NCBI GenBank assembly: GCA_029717555.1
Contig: JAMDHS010000014.1
Coordinates: forward strand, 186,001-250,000
Length of the DNA stretch: 64,000 bases
Source: Peribolospora baueri
Lineage: Eukaryota
Direction: 5' to 3'
Both the position numbers and the translations under genes were made by a program. Of this stretch, positions 54,683 through 64,000 are shown piece by piece (position 1 is the stretch's first letter; every line of letters begins with the position of its first letter). The notes beneath the pieces are model-generated. The model saw nothing but the letters and a program-made list of their open reading frames with translations. It had not been told where the DNA came from and searched no databases.

Positions 54683-56039
54683 TCATTGCACGACGGTAGC
54701 AGAGATGGCAAACTTTCTCCCCTTCTCGGCCGTCCAGAAAGTCTCATGCCACCTGCGCACGAGCCGGTGGGCGTCCGACACGGAGGTGAGCCGAACAAGG
54801 AAGTGCGAGGTCGTGGTGCCAACGCCCCTGCGGGTCGAATCGAGCAAGGGAGGAGGGATGAAACGATCGTCAGACATGGACGTTGTCATCGGATCGAAAT
54901 CTCAACGCTCCACACCCAAGAAAACACTTACCTAGGCACCTTTAGCACAGAACCCCGCTCTTTCAAATCCCTCGCGAGCCTAAACTCTTTACCAAGTCTC
55001 TTCTTCAATGCATCCTCCCTTAACATGCTCGGTAGACCAGAGACGAGGACGACAAGACCGCGCTCGGAGGCTATGAGGTCGAGGTAAGGAGAAAGTTCGC
55101 GTTCGCGGGGGCCTTGTGGACCCCGGATGCGGGAAGGAACGCGGGCGACAAAGAGCTTGGGGAAGAAGAGAGGATGACGGGCATCGCAAAAGAGTGAGCA
55201 AGAGCTGGATAACTTTCCCTCACTCTCTCCCACATCTACTCACCGTGTCGGCGATGATCCTGGTCCCGCCGATGAAAGTCCCGTGGGCATTTTTCACAAA
55301 CTCCTCTGCTCCGTGGCGAGAAATGAACTTGAGGACAGCACGGCCTTTGGGACGAAGGGTAATGTCGCGCAGGAAGGTTACTAGGGGTACGGAGTTTGGA
55401 GGGAGTAGGGAGCACAATGGATGAAGCGTTTACCGATGAGTTTCCGTCTACAGACGCCCATCACTGGTCAGAAACGACACGACTCACCCGAGCTGAGCTG
55501 ACTCTGGATACGCCTCTGGGCCGGCCCCGCCAGTCTTGTCACGTCCGCCTCGAGCGCGGTGGGGGGAAGGCCATCAACAATGACGTAGGGCGACTTATCG
55601 CCCAGGTTGTCGGGGACCGGATAGACAGGCCTGTCGGCCATATTGGATGAGATTGGGTTGGCTGATAAGAAAGAAGAAGAGTGGAAGCCGGTGTCGATCG
55701 GATACGACGGATGGTCAACCACCCAGTCCGGGTCGCAACCCAGGCGGAACGGCGCAGACGATAAAAGCCGGTCCACACAGAGTGCACATAGAGAAGGAAA
55801 AAAAGATTGTCCTACCCACCTCCACGTCTAGAAGAGTGCTTCTCCAAAGCCTCGGACTGAGTGGTCAACGTCCTCCTCGCTCCGCCCATTTGCAAGGTCC
55901 AACCGGCGTTCTCAGCACCACTGACGCTCCTGCAAGCGCATTTCGCTCGGCTCACATGAGCGACAGCTGGGACCCGTGCAGCTCGTGCGAAGAGCGAGAG
56001 TACGGGCAAAGAGGAAGAGAAAGAGGAGGCGAACGACAT
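54683..56039 (-). CDS. Uncharacterised, probably mitochondrial protein with two degenerate RRM-like segments
   Basis: R/S/A-rich N-terminus; YVIVDGLPPTALEADV..GRAVLKF; VLVSGLP...FLVRLTSVSDAHRLVRRWH; canonical introns. Confidence 0.65.
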
Positions 56040-56440
56040 GGCGTCTGGCAGGTTGGTGCGAAGAAGACAAAAAGACGTCGGCGAATGATCGACGATTTCT
56101 GGTCCGCGCCGCAGTCACGACGCTCAACCCGGCTGGTAAGGCTCGACTGTGTGATGATGGACTCGCCCATTCCAACTTCAGTGTCATGATACATAGGCCG
56201 AGCGGGTACACAACGTAAGACAGAAAGGGAGGCTCGCAGAGGCAAAACAGAAACCGTCTACTGATGCCAGGAGATAAGAATGAAGAGGGGAAGGGCGCAA
56301 TTGTGGAGTCACGACTGCCCACACCGCAGGCCATATCACAGTAAATGAAGATGTGAACACTCGTGTAGAAGCAAAAACAAAGGCATCACACTGTCCAGTT
56401 CATCATACATTCGCAGAACGCAATTACCAGTTGTTCTCCA

Positions 56441-57118
56441 TCACGCGTCCGTCGTTGTCGCCACCGCCTCACGCGGACTGAGAGCACGTTGAGAGGGGGA
56501 GATGTTGCGCTCGGAGGCACCGGCAGCACCCTCTTCTTCGTTGACCATCTGTCAAAAAAATCGGAAACGAGAATAAGGCACGGGTCACACGAGGAGGCAA
56601 CAATTATGAAGCAAGTGACGCACCTCCGTCGCGTCCACCCAATCATGATAGAGGTCGATAGGCTGGGTGAGCGTGTTGGTGGAAGTCTGGTACTTCTGCC
56701 CGCACACTTTGCAGGACAGATATCCTAGCGCGTTTTCCCTGTCTCTGTCGGTCGGTGGGTTCCGGAGACGAAGGGAGGGAATCAAATGAGATACGAAATG
56801 TGACATTCATTGAAAAGGTCGAATCGGCAGAGTGCTGGCCCAGAACAAAGGAGGGGAAAAATAAAATAAAATAAAAAAGGGATGATCGCGTGCTCACATC
56901 TTGCACGTCACACTGGCATCATGATTGCAGAAGATGCAGTTGAACGTGGTGGCTGAGAAGGTGGGCATTGGACGGGGAAAGAGACTCAGCGAGACCATTA
57001 AGGACCGGGTTGGCCTGTCTCTGGCAGCTCATATCACCGGCATAAGACCTCGCTTACCCAGCTTCTCCTGTTTCTTCGGACCTGTAGGCTTGCGCGCCGA
57101 CTTCTTTCGCTTGCCCAT
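56441..57118 (-). CDS. ELF1: Transcription elongation factor Elf1 (zinc ribbon)
   Basis: MGKRKKSARKP..KK..L | TTFNCIFCNH..SVTCK | LSCKVCGQKYQT....LTQPIDLYHDWVDA. Confidence 0.95.
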
Positions 57119-57449
57119 CTCCACGCCGCCTTTGAAATTGAAAACAAGGGGAAAGGTGAATGGATGGTGGTTGACAGCAGACGCAGCTACACCTCCCGAG
57201 GCGTGATCGGCTCGTGCCGCAGTCGGTCAGCGGTGCTGCGGCCCACGGCAAGAAGATGGCCTCACGAATTGGAAAGGCGACGTCGACAACGACGACAACG
57301 ACGACGACGGACAGAAGACGTTCAGCGGAAAGCCGTTCGTGTCTTCCGCCATCATCCTATCCGCCTCCAAGTCATCTGTCTTGTGTAACCGCTTGCGACG
57401 GCATCGTCCTCGTCACACGTCCTCCCCGCATCATCTCCGCCTTTCGGTC

Positions 57450-58148
57450 ATGATCCTGTCCTCTGCCACTCCCTTGGCACGGTCGATCCTCCAGGTCGCG
57501 CGCTCCGCCCGGCCTCGAGCGGCGCCCCTCGCTCTCTGTCGTACGTTCACCTGCTCCCAATCACACGGACAACGACGGGAGGACGCCTTCTCTGTTTCGC
57601 CGCCCTTGTCTCGGCACCAGGAGAAGCAACGGCAAAAGAGGGATGCTCGACTGCGAGATCTGATCGAGATCTATTACGCCTCGGAGGACTTCTTTGCCCT
57701 GCCTTCCTCCTGCTCTTCTTCCTCTTCATTGTCGACGTCCACGGCCGAAGACAAGCATCTGGAGAGACGCATCTCGGACGTCTTCAGGAACAGCTGGACC
57801 ATCAACCCAGCTCCGAACTTCGTCAACCTCTACCAGCTTCGCGACGAAGCGGACGGACGACCATCATCCGTGTCCAGCGACTTGGTCTCGCCCGCCGCTT
57901 CTTTCGGAGGTCGCGCGGCCTTCTCCGCAAGCACGACCCGGGTCGCCTCCCTGGATGGCATTTTCGATGATGCCCCAGGCTCCGAGAGGAAGGAGCAATA
58001 CGTGGACGCAACGTCCGCGGCAAGGGCGACGAGGGTGACGGACACGCTATTCGGAACGGTGGGGGAGAGGCCTGGGTTGGACACCTTGAGGGAAATGAAG
58101 AGGCCGGTGGCGTGGGAGGAAGGAGAGGGAGATGAGGGTGGGCGGTGA
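57450..58148 (+). CDS. Uncharacterised single-exon protein with a mitochondrial presequence-like N-terminus
   Basis: MILSSATPLARSILQVARSARPRAAPLALCRTFT; LIEIYYASEDF; VTDTLFGT..ERPGLDTL; divergent from ELF1. Confidence 0.7.
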   Translation: MILSSATPLARSILQVARSARPRAAPLALCRTFTCSQSHGQRREDAFSVSPPLSRHQEKQRQKRDARLRDLIEIYYASEDFFALPSSCSSSSSLSTSTAEDKHLERRISDVFRNSWTINPAPNFVNLYQLRDEADGRPSSVSSDLVSPAASFGGRAAFSASTTRVASLDGIFDDAPGSERKEQYVDATSAARATRVTDTLFGTVGERPGLDTLREMKRPVAWEEGEGDEGGR

Positions 58149-58877
58149 TGGTGTACTTCGCTTGCAAATTTCATTGACGCGCGCATCCTATCTGGCCTTC
58201 CCGAGTGAGCTTCTGATGCACTTCAAAGGAGTGGACGGGATCTTCTTGGGTTCCTTGGGGCTAGGGAAGGTAATTGAGAATCCTGTGTTTGCGAGGATTC
58301 GCGCTTGGACGTCTCTAATCAGTTGCAAGACAACGCGACGCGACCTATATACCATCGACCTCGCCCTAGGAGATCAGGGGCTGACTACTGTGTGCCCTAC
58401 AGCTGACAACTGTGGCCATCTCGTTCCTCTCTTTTGCGGTCTGTTTACGTGCCCTTCACACGCTGATGATTACGAGAGGATGCACGGCTACGAAAGCTGA
58501 CTCCGGACACGACAAGTCGAGTACCCAGAGCGTTCGGCTCGGTTCGACTCGACTCGAATTGGAGGCGACTGTACGTACATGTGCATACTCGAGCACTGTG
58601 CACGTTCGTGTACACACGTGTAGTTTACATGGTCGCGTACTTCCGTTCGTTCCTTTCCTCCGTAACTGGTGTGGCGTTGCAGATCGTGAAGTGAAGAGGT
58701 ATCGAGGATAGGGAAACGAGCGGGGAAGGAAGCAGGGAAGGCTAGGAGCGTGGATTGAAGGCGCTGGGAGAAGAGGGAGATGAGGGGTTCGATGGCATGA
58801 TGACGACGTGCCGACGGAAACCGGCCCGGTGAGGTGAGGTTGGTGGGAGGAAGGAGGGAAAAAGAAGAAATGATCGA

Positions 58878-60648
58878 TCAGGCCACGGTCACGGTGAGGA
58901 GTTTGACGATGCCGTCGATGGCAATGCCTCGGTGTTCGTGACACGCGGTGGGAATGGGAGGGGGAAATGGTGGATGGAATGAGAATATCAAGACCAACTT
59001 TTGCGAGCAGGATGGACGGAAGGGATCCGCAGAAAGAATCGGGAGGAAGACGGGTGGGTCAAGTTAGCTCACCGTGGTTAATGCCTGTGAGAGGTAAAAT
59101 GGGGAAGATGCGCACGTCAACCATTCAGTGGCTACGGAGCCCCGAAGTGCGAGTTGATATACGCACCAGCGGAACCGGAGGGGAGGAGGCCGGAGATGGA
59201 CTCGACGGTGGCGGTGTAGAATGTGCCCTACAAGCGAACAAGAGAGCGTACGAGCACTCAGATGAAGGAGCAGGGGGAAGACAAAGATAGACAAATGTGC
59301 CGAGACGAGCCAGCAAATCGGAGACGAGCGCAAGCCTGAATGAAGGCCGAGTGCCGAAGGCTGAGAGAGCTCGCCACCATCGTAGAGATTCGGACCTGCA
59401 CTACTTTCCCACTCACGCTGTTAGAGCTACCCTGAGTGGCGTTGCCCACAAGGTAGTCCCTGCCGAGGTCATATCCGTTCGGAGCGACTGGGCGATGTCG
59501 GAGCGGAACGAAGAAGGAGCAAAGAAGAGGGTGAGCTGGTCTCCTGTGGGAGGAGATCGAAGCTGACGTGGGGCGAGGAAGTTTTTTTTTTTCATCACAC
59601 TCACTGGTATGGCTTTGGGGAAGGCCCTTGAGACAAGGGAGACGGGCGGGGGACAGGGAAATTGATTTCAAAGCGTCGAAGGGACAGACACGTAAAAGAC
59701 CAACAGGCTGCGTGGACGTGACATGTGCTCCAGCTCCGCTCACCTTTTCCACGGAAACGCTAGGAGAGCACAGACGAAGGAGCGAAGTAAATGGTTTGTT
59801 GGCTGGCTTCAGTCCAAGATGGAAAGAGACGGGAGGGAGAGGACGGTCGACTGATGACGGACGACGGAACGCACGCGAGGAACCAAGCGCCGCTGTCGGC
59901 CTGACAGCCGTCCTGGTGGTATGTGCGGAGGTGGTTGCCCTGGATGGTGACGCAGCAGTGGAAGGAAAGTGGAACGAGAGGGGGAGAATAGACATAGCCG
60001 ACTGTGAGCGACCATTGAGAGGAGGATCGGTAACATGCTCTCATCTCGGCGCGACTCTCGCCCACGAACGTTTCGAAGCAGGAGCCGCCGAACGAGTAGT
60101 CCTCACGGAGCTCGTCGGTCTGGGCGACGTAACCATTCCCGTCGCCGAGGTTGGCGGTCTGGGCATCGCCGAGGTGGATGCCGAGGCACTCAGTCGTGAA
60201 GCTGAGGCTACGTCGGTGTCGGGTGGGCGTGAAGGGGCAGGTTAGGGGATGGAAGGTGAGTTGGCTGGGTGTCTCAAAGTCGTCGCGTTCGACGCTAAGG
60301 ATACTAACGACCTGTGAGGGCGCGAGCAGAGCAGAGTGAACGGACGGAGTGGACAGACGTCAGCTTGACGAGGCGAGACAAGCCCACGCTGAGCTAGCGG
60401 ATTCACTGAAGGTAGGCCAAGATGCCACTGCTGGTTAACACCTCCAGGCTACTCTCGCCGGATATTATGACATTGAGGGGCTCGCTCGAGTTGGTGAGCA
60501 TCGATCCCCCGTTCACTACGGGGGAGTAGTAGGCGACGGCGCGGGGGACGAGGGCGTACGAAGGGGCGGGGGCGACGTCGGCGGGGAAGGGGAGGGTGGT
60601 GGAGAGAGGGAGAGAAAGGAGGGCAGCAAAGAGAGCGAGCGGGCCCAT
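58878..60648 (-). CDS. Basidiomycete secreted protein of unknown function, multi-exon
   Basis: Signal peptide; GGSMLT..EPLNVIISGESS; FTTECLGIHLGDAQTANLGDGNG; GNHLR; IAPNGYDLGRDYLV; GINH | GIAIDGIVKLLTVTVA*. Confidence 0.8.
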
Positions 60649-62120
60649 GTCGACTGACCGGGGTTTCCTGCGTGTGAGAAGTGCAGAAAAGAGAGGTGGG
60701 AAAGAGGAGGAAGAGAGGTGAGGGTGAGAAGAGTGAGGAGGAGCGGGTTTTCCGCATGCGACGGCGTGTGCTTTTGACGACGATGGCCGCCGTCGCTCTC
60801 TCTTCTAACCCTCCTTCCTCTCTCTCGCTGCAACGCGCGGTCCCTGGCTTTGCCTGACGTGGCCTCACCGCGAGCTCAAGCTAGCTGGCAAGGTGGTGGG
60901 AAAGAAAGGGCTGAGAGAAGCAAGGTAGGAAAGCAGGTAAATGAGCGATGCAGCTCGCGCGGTCAGTCACAGCCAGCGCTGGGCAGGCCAAGTCAATGTC
61001 AGTTAGGGGCTGGCAGGTCAGGGGCAGGTCGTCCATCGTCCATCGTCCATCTCTAATATCTGGTCTCGACCATCCAACATCCATCGTCCATCACCCGTCG
61101 TGGTTGGTGGTGGTGGCGATGGTCATAGTTCGCCTTTTTGCCCCGTCGCTGATCGACACCCAACGTCAAGCGCTGTGCCCTCCGTCGTGCAATCACCCGA
61201 CCGCGGACAGAGATGGCGCCGAGAGAGAGACGCCAAGGTAATCGTAAGTGTCTAGAGAGAGCACGGCGAGGCACAATACAGGACATGATAACCAAGGTAC
61301 TGAATGCATGTAGATATCGTATTCAGCCCACTTGTGCCTCTACAATCACGTCGCACGACAGCAACCTAGAAAAGATCCCGAACGGAACACTCGCACGTGA
61401 CAAGCAACGCAGTTTTTCGGACCACAGGAGCCATGTCCACGCATGTAGGTCGGCCCAGTGGCCCCTTCAGCCCAACGTCTCAATACGGCGAAGGAGCGTT
61501 CTGTGCCGCCGACCCGTCTCCGCCCCGCCCCCACGTCCTCCCGCCCAAGGACGGAACCTGCAAGGGTTTCGTTCCCGGCGACGGAACGGACGAGAGAGCG
61601 AAGGGCGGACGAATGCTTCTCGGGAGACGAGCATGGACCCCTCCGACGTGGGACTCGCGTCGGGGAGCTCTGTGGCGCTCCCTGCCTGCGTCCGAGCGAT
61701 CCGCGCCCGACGCCAAGCGAATCGAAATGGGAACATACGACCCGTCACGATATAGACTGACCACAAGAGACCGCGGCCCGTCCGCCGCATTCTCGACCGA
61801 GTGCGAATGGACAAACAATGAGGCCCATCGTTCGCTTCAACGGCTCCCCCAAGTCCACACTCACGCAAAAGGCGATCGACCCCAAAGAGTGCGGCACAGC
61901 CATTGAGCCATAGGGGGCAGGTCAGACGACCAATGACAATTCCGGTGCGAGACGCAGGCATGGAGGCATAGTCATGTAGACGAGCCAACCGAGGTGGGAG
62001 TGGTCCTTGTTACATACTTTTTGGGCCAAAGGCAAATCGCCGTGGCTTCTCCGTGCCGTAGTCATACATTGACGCCAAAGTTCGAGTCCATAAGGAGGCA
62101 GAGCGAGCACACGAGGGCGC

Positions 62121-62906
62121 TTACTCCTCGTCGGCTTCCTCGTCAGCGTCGAAGTTGACGTTGAAGAACCGGATCTCGTAACCCTGCTTCGAGGTGGCAA
62201 CGACGCGAAGCCAGTCGCGGAGCTGAGAGCGTCGGAGGTACTTCTTGGAGAGGTACTGTGAACGACAGGCGATCGAACAGGTGCAAGCAAGAAGCGAAGC
62301 AGAAAAACGTAGGAATGGAGAAGCGAAGAAGAGTCACCGTCAGCTGCCTGATCCCTGAGCTGTGCCTCTCGCACAATGCAGCTGAAATGACGTTCCCCAT
62401 GAGCCCTTCGAACGCACCTTGAGGTACCTCTTGGAGAAGGGGATGTTGGTGGTGACGGTGATCTTGCCTTCACCCTCGCGGGTGATCACCACACTGTCAC
62501 CAAGGTTGCCAGCTCGGCCCTCCACCTTAATGCGGTCGTGCAGGAACCTGACGATTTCCAAGTCGGACAGAGGGGAAAAAGCGGTGAGAGAATGCCAAGC
62601 TGAAAAAAAATACGATGCGGCGTCGATCCCTGCGCCATGCTCACTTCTCGAACGACGCCGCATCAAGGATCTTGTCGTTGGCGGGGCCGCTGAAGTCGAT
62701 GGTGTACTTGCTGACCGGCTTGGCGGTCTTCTGAGCAGCCTTGGGAGCCTGTCATCGTCCCGTCAGGGCAGGCAAATGCCGATCCAAGGACGATACGTGG
62801 AATGGAAAAACATGGGCAAACCTGTGCGTCAGCCTACTGATTTCCAGCAAAGCGGTTCGACGCATTCGCCCCACTCGGCGGTAGGAAGGGTTTGCTAGCG
62901 CACCAT
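62121..62906 (-). CDS. RPL22: 60S ribosomal protein eL22
   Basis: M | [29 protein letters not shown] | [17 protein letters not shown]...FSKRYLK | YLSKKYL...[21 protein letters not shown]. Confidence 0.97.
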
Positions 62907-63000
62907 TGCGACGTGAGAGGGTGGGCGACGGGGTAGTCTTGATGAAGTGAGGATTACTGAGGAAGGACACGGCCGCGTCCTGCTGTCGAGAATCAGAGCG

Positions 63001-63046
63001 ATTGGATTGTTCGGCTGTCACGTGCAAAAATACCAGCAGTAGGGTT
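63001..63046. promoter_or_regulatory. Bidirectional ribosomal-protein promoter core: CCAAT + TCACGTG + TAGGGTT
   Basis: ATTGG at 63001, TCACGTG at 63018 and TAGGGTT at 63040, within the ~290-bp gap between the RPL22 and RPS19 start codons. Confidence 0.55.
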
Positions 63047-63198
63047 GCTAAATTCTATACAGTCCGTGTCTTGGGATTAGCCCCGTCTATCACCGCTCTT
63101 TCCTCCGCCCTCCCGTCCTTCGCGGCCTTGTCGCTTGGTTGCACCGACGTCAGACCGTCGCCCTCCATCCTCATTCCCTCAAGAGTGCATCGCCCAGC

Positions 63199-64000
63199 AT
63201 GCCTAACGTCAAGGACGTCGCCGCCGACACGTTTATCACCGCGTACGCCAACCACCTCAAGAGGTCTGGTGCGTAGCGTGCTCCTTCCTTTCCATCTCGG
63301 TTGAGCTCGTTTGCGCTCCAAGCTGTGCCATGCGTGTTTTGTGCATCCGCCGCCGAAGGACTGCATAGACTGACACTTGACCTTTCTTCACCGGGCTTTC
63401 TCGCGCGTCCTCGTCTTCTCCTTTGCAGGCAAGCTTGAGGTGCCTACCTGGGTGGACATCGTCAAGACGGGCCACTTCAAGGAGCTTGCTCCCTACGACC
63501 CCGACTGGTACTACGTCCGGGCTGGTGAGCATTTCTTCAGGCCGTCTTCTTTTTCATTCCAGGTTTCTGTCGCTTCTTTGCAGCGGTCGTGGTGTGGGGA
63601 TGGGATGGAGGCCATACAATTGGACGGCTGGTTGGTCAACTGTGCGCGGGCAAGATGGTGGTGCGCATGATGCCATACCTGTGCAGGGTCGCAGCGAAGT
63701 TGGTTTTCATGGCCTCAGTGGTTACTCCGACGTAGCTGCGAGCTTGCACTCCCTCTCCAGGAGGCGAGCATAGTCGAGGAGAGAGGGGAACAAGCTCAGG
63801 CCCATCGTTGGAAGGAATGTCACTTCGTGTATGGAAACATGACAGCTGACCGCTTTACTCCATCATCCATATTTATTCCTTCTCTTTCAGCCGCCGTTGC
63901 CCGCCACATCTACCTGCGCAAGGCCGTCGGTGTTGGCGCTCTCGCTAAACTCCACGGTGGCGCCAAGAACCGTGGCTCTCGCCCGTCCCACCACGTTGAC
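63199..64000 (+). CDS. RPS19: 40S ribosomal protein eS19, 3'-truncated by the window
   Basis: [24 protein letters not shown] | [31 protein letters not shown] | [15 protein letters not shown]...[13 protein letters not shown]. Confidence 0.98.

Overview
GC-rich, intron-dense eukaryotic DNA from a basidiomycete fungus. Most entries in the ORF track are spurious or are exon fragments; I built the gene models by hand from GT/GC-AG boundaries, so internal exon limits are approximate. The window holds about 19 intact-looking genes: endosulfine/Igo1, an amino-acid permease, PKC1, a secreted GMC oxidoreductase, SCS7, DBP8, a bHLH factor, POL12, CYT1, an ataxin-10 homologue, RRP45, EFB1, PRP18, ELF1, RPL22, RPS19 (cut by the window edge) and several uncharacterised proteins. 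The most notable observations are: (1) a Clr4/SUV39-type H3K9 methyltransferase gene with intact splice structure but two in-frame stops, a Tyr->Cys change in the catalytic motif and an 18-bp tandem-repeat insertion, which suggests either a young pseudogene or a recoded/edited gene; (2) a U18/snR18 C/D-box snoRNA in EFB1 intron 1; (3) a mosaic of broken gene fragments (CCCH zinc finger plus a DUF6987-like domain) and a separate truncated DUF1624-like gene; (4) a recurring CCAAT + CACGTG + telo-box promoter module; (5) a structured, unusually long RPS19 intron. I saw no tRNA, rRNA, CRISPR array or transposase.
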